Virus record (IMG/VR): IMGVR_UViG_3300024262_006558
Location: 186,001-250,000 of that record
Reading direction: 5' to 3' (one strand)
Length of the DNA stretch: 64,000 nt
This document shows positions 60,763-64,000 of this stretch, piece after piece. Each line of letters opens with the position of its first letter. Within the stretch, counting starts at the first letter, position 1. The notes under the pieces are model-generated. The model saw only the letters and a program-made list of their open reading frames with translations, was not told the DNA's origin and did not search any database. The position numbers and the translations under genes are program-made.

Positions 60763-60826
60763 CTCTCCCCATAGTACATAATATCCCCCGTACCGTATAT
60801 ATTGGTGAATCTAAACAAACAAAGTC

Positions 60827-61156
60827 ATGAATATTATAGTTTTCACATTAAACACTAAAGCGAAATCAGAGTACAGAAATGGAAATGGTGAAATTGATCG
60901 CAATGAATATCCAGTTCATATCAAATTAGATACTGATTATTCACATGGTTTTATTTTGAAAATTGAAGACACTCCAGGCTCTTGGCATATGTCTACTCTT
61001 ATGGGTGATCGTTATGGTAATGCATACAATGAAGACAATCAAGTTTTAAGTATTCATGGTACGGAGTGGATGTGCGTTAACATATTTGATTTAATCAAGG
61101 AAGCGAATGAAACGCTAGAAAAAATGGATATGAAAGTAATTCCCGACAATAGATAA
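60827..61156 (+). CDS. Hypothetical protein
   Basis: Behind repeat A. Confidence 0.6.
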   Translation: MNIIVFTLNTKAKSEYRNGNGEIDRNEYPVHIKLDTDYSHGFILKIEDTPGSWHMSTLMGDRYGNAYNEDNQVLSIHGTEWMCVNIFDLIKEANETLEKMDMKVIPDNR

Positions 61157-61214
61157 CGGAAGTACATAATATCCCCACCACCGTATATATTGGTGAATCT
61201 AAACAAAACTCATT

Positions 61215-61730
61215 ATGGCAACAGATTATAAAAAATTAGCACTAGAAGCATTAAGTTTCATTAGAGATAACACCGACAACGAAGCTTTTCAAAGCACCGT
61301 TGATGGAACGGAGATTGACATAGATAAAACTATCCAAGAACTTACTCCTATCTTGCCAGATGTTGACTTTACATTATCTCAAATAGTCGAAGGCAAAAGA
61401 CAACTTAATCTAGCATCTCAAATTGTTAAACAAAACATGAAACTTCTTATCATGCACTACATGAAAGAGGCGGGCTTAGAAGAAATAATCATTGAAGATT
61501 TAGATGTTATCCACAGTGATGCAGGAATTTCAGCTGGAGATTATATGGATTCGGTTACTAGAGTCCTAGCAAATGGAGATTACTTCTATACTCACAATGG
61601 CGAAAGAAGCGAAGAAACGGAAGCAGGCGGAATTGAAAGCTTGCCAGTAAATTCTTTAGACAAATTATTAAAAAGATTACAGGATTATAATGGTAGTAAT
61701 TTAGCATTAAGCACAACGCTTACTGTATGA
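61215..61730 (+). CDS. Hypothetical protein
   Basis: Behind repeat A; followed by an attC-like site. Confidence 0.6.
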   Translation: MATDYKKLALEALSFIRDNTDNEAFQSTVDGTEIDIDKTIQELTPILPDVDFTLSQIVEGKRQLNLASQIVKQNMKLLIMHYMKEAGLEEIIIEDLDVIHSDAGISAGDYMDSVTRVLANGDYFYTHNGERSEETEAGGIESLPVNSLDKLLKRLQDYNGSNLALSTTLTV

Positions 61731-61853
61731 TTAGAATTTGAAACTAAATCTTAGTTGTTGCTAACGTACCGTATAAGAAGCGTTGAGAGGTACGAACAAT
61801 GATTTTTATACATTGTTATATGCTTTTATTAATAACAATTAAAATTAAACAAG

Positions 61854-62102
61854 ATGAAAAAAGTAACCCATTGCATAGTATATAGATTACACAAAGACAA
61901 TTCACCAACTGTAATAGATTGTTCTTCGGAAAAGGAACAAGGTGAACAGTTATCTAAAATAATAAAAGAGGGGTATAAAAATGCGTATAAAGCAACACCT
62001 GAACAAGCTACGAAAGTCTTGAATGATTACGGAAAACAATTTGAACCTAAGCCATTAACACAACAGGAAAGATGGGATAATTGGGCTATAGGTAAAGGGT
62101 AA
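61854..62102 (+). CDS. Cassette-borne hypothetical protein
   Basis: Between GTTATATGC and GCATATAAC. Confidence 0.6.
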   Translation: MKKVTHCIVYRLHKDNSPTVIDCSSEKEQGEQLSKIIKEGYKNAYKATPEQATKVLNDYGKQFEPKPLTQQERWDNWAIGKG

Positions 62103-62196
62103 TTGCATATAACGAATTGTATATGAGGCGTGAGGAACGAATGACTGCATATACGCTGTTATATGCTTTTTTATTAACTAATTAAAACAGATTAAA

Positions 62197-62520
62197 ATGA
62201 TTATAGGATTAATACAAGGAAATAGAGTTGAATTAGGAGAAACTGATAACGGATATGTATACAAAAACAGTTTTGCGTTTGACAAAAAGACTGATGAAAT
62301 ATGTTATATACCAGAGTTAGGGATTGAGGGAGATATAATTACAGAAGACACTTCTGTTTATAGATATTCCGACTTTTTAGAAATAGCTACTGATTATGTA
62401 AAAAGAAATGGGTTAAGTAATACACCTCAAGATATGGCTGAACAATTATTTGAATGTGTTGATTGGCAACATCCAAGTACATTACTTGATGAATGGGAAA
62501 TTCATTTAGAAGATGAGTAA
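62197..62520 (+). CDS. Cassette-borne hypothetical phage protein
   Basis: ICYIPE..LFECVDWQHPSTL; between GTTATATGC and GCATATAAC. Confidence 0.6.
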   Translation: MIIGLIQGNRVELGETDNGYVYKNSFAFDKKTDEICYIPELGIEGDIITEDTSVYRYSDFLEIATDYVKRNGLSNTPQDMAEQLFECVDWQHPSTLLDEWEIHLEDE

Positions 62521-62604
62521 TTGCATATAACGGTTAGTATATGAAATGTGGAGCAAAGCGGAATTTTTTATATACCGTGTTATGCTCTTTTAAATTAGAT
62601 AATT

Positions 62605-62760
62605 ATGATAAGTTTTAAATATTACAAGAATTACGGAATTGAATACTGCTTTGGTAGTGCAACTGTACAGGGATTTATGGGTAGACCTCTTAAAACTTTT
62701 ACAGGTGGATGTATAAAGGCAGTAGAAAAAGCAGAAAAGTATATAGATAGCCTTAATTGA
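62605..62760 (+). CDS. Cassette-borne 51-aa protein (not in ORF track)
   Basis: MISFKYYKNYGIEYCFG...YIDSLN*; between GTTATGCTC and GAGCATAAC. Confidence 0.55.
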   Translation: MISFKYYKNYGIEYCFGSATVQGFMGRPLKTFTGGCIKAVEKAEKYIDSLN

Positions 62761-62858
62761 GCATAACGGTTAGCGTATAGTGACGTGAAACGAAGTGAAA
62801 TGCACTTATACGCCTTGTTGTGGTGAGTACGGGTTATTAACCAATAAATTAAATTGAA

Positions 62859-63080
62859 ATGATACAAGACAAATTAGAAAATCAAATCCATAACGTAATT
62901 ATGGAAACGGCAAGAGAACCTAAACTTATTGTAATGCACCCACAAACATGGGTTGACCTTGCAAAAGAAGTTACTGGCAAAGATGGGATGACAATAAATA
63001 GATACGACCCAAATATGAAGTACAGAGGGATTAAGGTGATTAGAAGTTTGGATTTGTTGGAGGGTGAGTTTGAAATGTAG
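62859..63080 (+). CDS. Cassette-borne hypothetical protein
   Basis: Between GTTGTGGTGAGTAC and GTATTCACCACAAC. Confidence 0.6.
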   Translation: MIQDKLENQIHNVIMETAREPKLIVMHPQTWVDLAKEVTGKDGMTINRYDPNMKYRGIKVIRSLDLLEGEFEM

Positions 63081-63205
63081 TATTCACCACAACACGAAAA
63101 TAAAGATAAGCGTTAAGCGACCCGATAGGGTTATCTTTTATTTTCTGTTATCGGTACATAATATCCCCCGTACCGTATATATTGGTGAACTTAAATAAAA
63201 ACATC

Positions 63206-63472
63206 ATGGCAAAGCAAAACTTTAAAAAGAGATATAGAGATTTAGAGGTACAAGTATTCGCAACCCTTAGGGATGCGATTGAGAATAGTGAGTTTAAATC
63301 TGAACACTTAAGCGAAAAAGCTATTAAGGTAAATGTGTTTGATTATACAGAATTATCAATACTTAATGACCGCTTGGTATTATTAGACCATAAAGGTTTC
63401 CATTATTCAATTTATTCTGATTGTACGTTGGAAGATTTAATTGACATCATTAACAAATTGGAAGATGAATAA
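63206..63472 (+). CDS. Hypothetical protein
   Basis: Behind repeat A. Confidence 0.6.
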   Translation: MAKQNFKKRYRDLEVQVFATLRDAIENSEFKSEHLSEKAIKVNVFDYTELSILNDRLVLLDHKGFHYSIYSDCTLEDLIDIINKLEDE

Positions 63473-64000
63473 ATATTCAAATACCGTAAAAATGTTAGGT
63501 GTAGATACTAGAAGCTCATTTCTTTTTGGGGATGCGTGCGACAATTTAATTAAGTGTAGCAGTAAAGAAATCCAACAAGAAGCAAAGGACGAAATTAGTC
63601 AGATACTAATCAAGCTAAAGCCCGTTGAAGGCGGTATAACTATTCAAATGGTTGACGCGCTTTTACATGGTATGATTACGGAACATGCACACAAAGATAC
63701 TTTGCCTTTAAAAGGGTTTAGTATAAAAGTACATAATTCCCCCGAAGCCGTATATATTGGTGAATCAAAAGAAAAGAATATGCACACTATAAGAAAAAGA
63801 ACGCCAGTATTTGAAACCGATGACTTTCAAGAAGTATTCAATACAGATTCTTACAATGTATTTGTGAAACCTGAATTTGAATCTAAATTCAAAAGCTCTT
63901 TATCTTATCCTGATATCGTACTAAGAAAGTATGACCACGAAAATGGAATGACTACAGTAGTGGCGGACTATCAAAACAAAATAGGAAGCAAGATGCTTGC
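63465..64000 (+). CDS. Partial ORF reading in frame through repeat A into the ORF starting at 63780
   Basis: No stop from ATG 63465 to the window end; in-frame ATG at 63780. Confidence 0.5.
   Translation, partial: MNKYSNTVKMLGVDTRSSFLFGDACDNLIKCSSKEIQQEAKDEISQILIKLKPVEGGITIQMVDALLHGMITEHAHKDTLPLKGFSIKVHNSPEAVYIGESKEKNMHTIRKRTPVFETDDFQEVFNTDSYNVFVKPEFESKFKSSLSYPDIVLRKYDHENGMTTVVADYQNKIGSKML

Larger units (their letters stand above)
61757..63154 (+). mobile_element. Integron-like cassette array 2 (attC-like sites)
   Basis: Sites at 61757-61823, 62105-62166, 62523-62587, 62759-62830, 63080-63154; four cassettes with complementary ends. Confidence 0.72.
44290..63766. promoter_or_regulatory. Repeat A: 32 dispersed copies of a promoter-like element GTACAYARTWTCCCC-N6-7-GTATATATTNNYGAAT
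   Basis: Minus strand: 44290-44327, 45111-45148. Plus strand (G of GTACA): 45418, 45853, 46240, 46529, 46745, 47132, 47470, 48522, 48902, 49469, 49996, 50348, 50740, 51163, 51538, 52316, 53034, 53326, 53861, 54904, 55355, 57334, 58400, 58755, 59231, 59906, 60774, 61162, 63154, 63729. Most lie about 10-20 nt before an ATG. Confidence 0.85.

Noticed and set aside
44290-63766. Repeat A as a CRISPR array
   Set aside because: Intervening sequences are hundreds to thousands of bp long and contain whole genes; the repeat centre is variable; no cas genes are present.
1-64000. tRNA or rRNA genes, integrase, transposase, alternative genetic code
   Set aside because: No cloverleaf/T-loop signatures or recombinase motifs were recognised, and known genes are intact under the standard code.

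Overview
AT-rich, gene-dense segment of a large (jumbo-type) dsDNA phage genome, probably infecting Bacteroidota: it carries a Bacteroidota-type sigma70 gene and TAnnTTTG host-like promoters. 1-36 kb holds a SHAEG-repeat fibre/adhesin, a sulfotransferase, nucleotide metabolism genes (folA, thyA, trx, MazG-like, dNMP kinase), a multidomain NTase/2H-phosphoesterase/HExxH protein, a PncB-Nudix-NadD-NadE NAD+ salvage cluster, sigma70, Pth2 and an HD hydrolase. 36.9-43.7 kb is a tandem array of 20 short, otherwise unrelated ORFs that all begin MRKx(F)Y. 43.7-44.05 kb is a non-coding, repeat-rich junction. 44-64 kb is a modular accessory region in which almost every gene sits behind one of 32 copies of a ~38-bp promoter-like repeat (GTACA..CCCC..GTATATATT..GAAT); 10 copies of a related motif lie just upstream of some of them. 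Nested in this region are arrays of integron-like gene cassettes bounded by attC-like hairpins, and nine cassettes have mutually complementary GTT.../...AAC ends. No integrase, tRNA, rRNA or CRISPR array was seen. All calls come from reading motifs by eye; no database searches were run.
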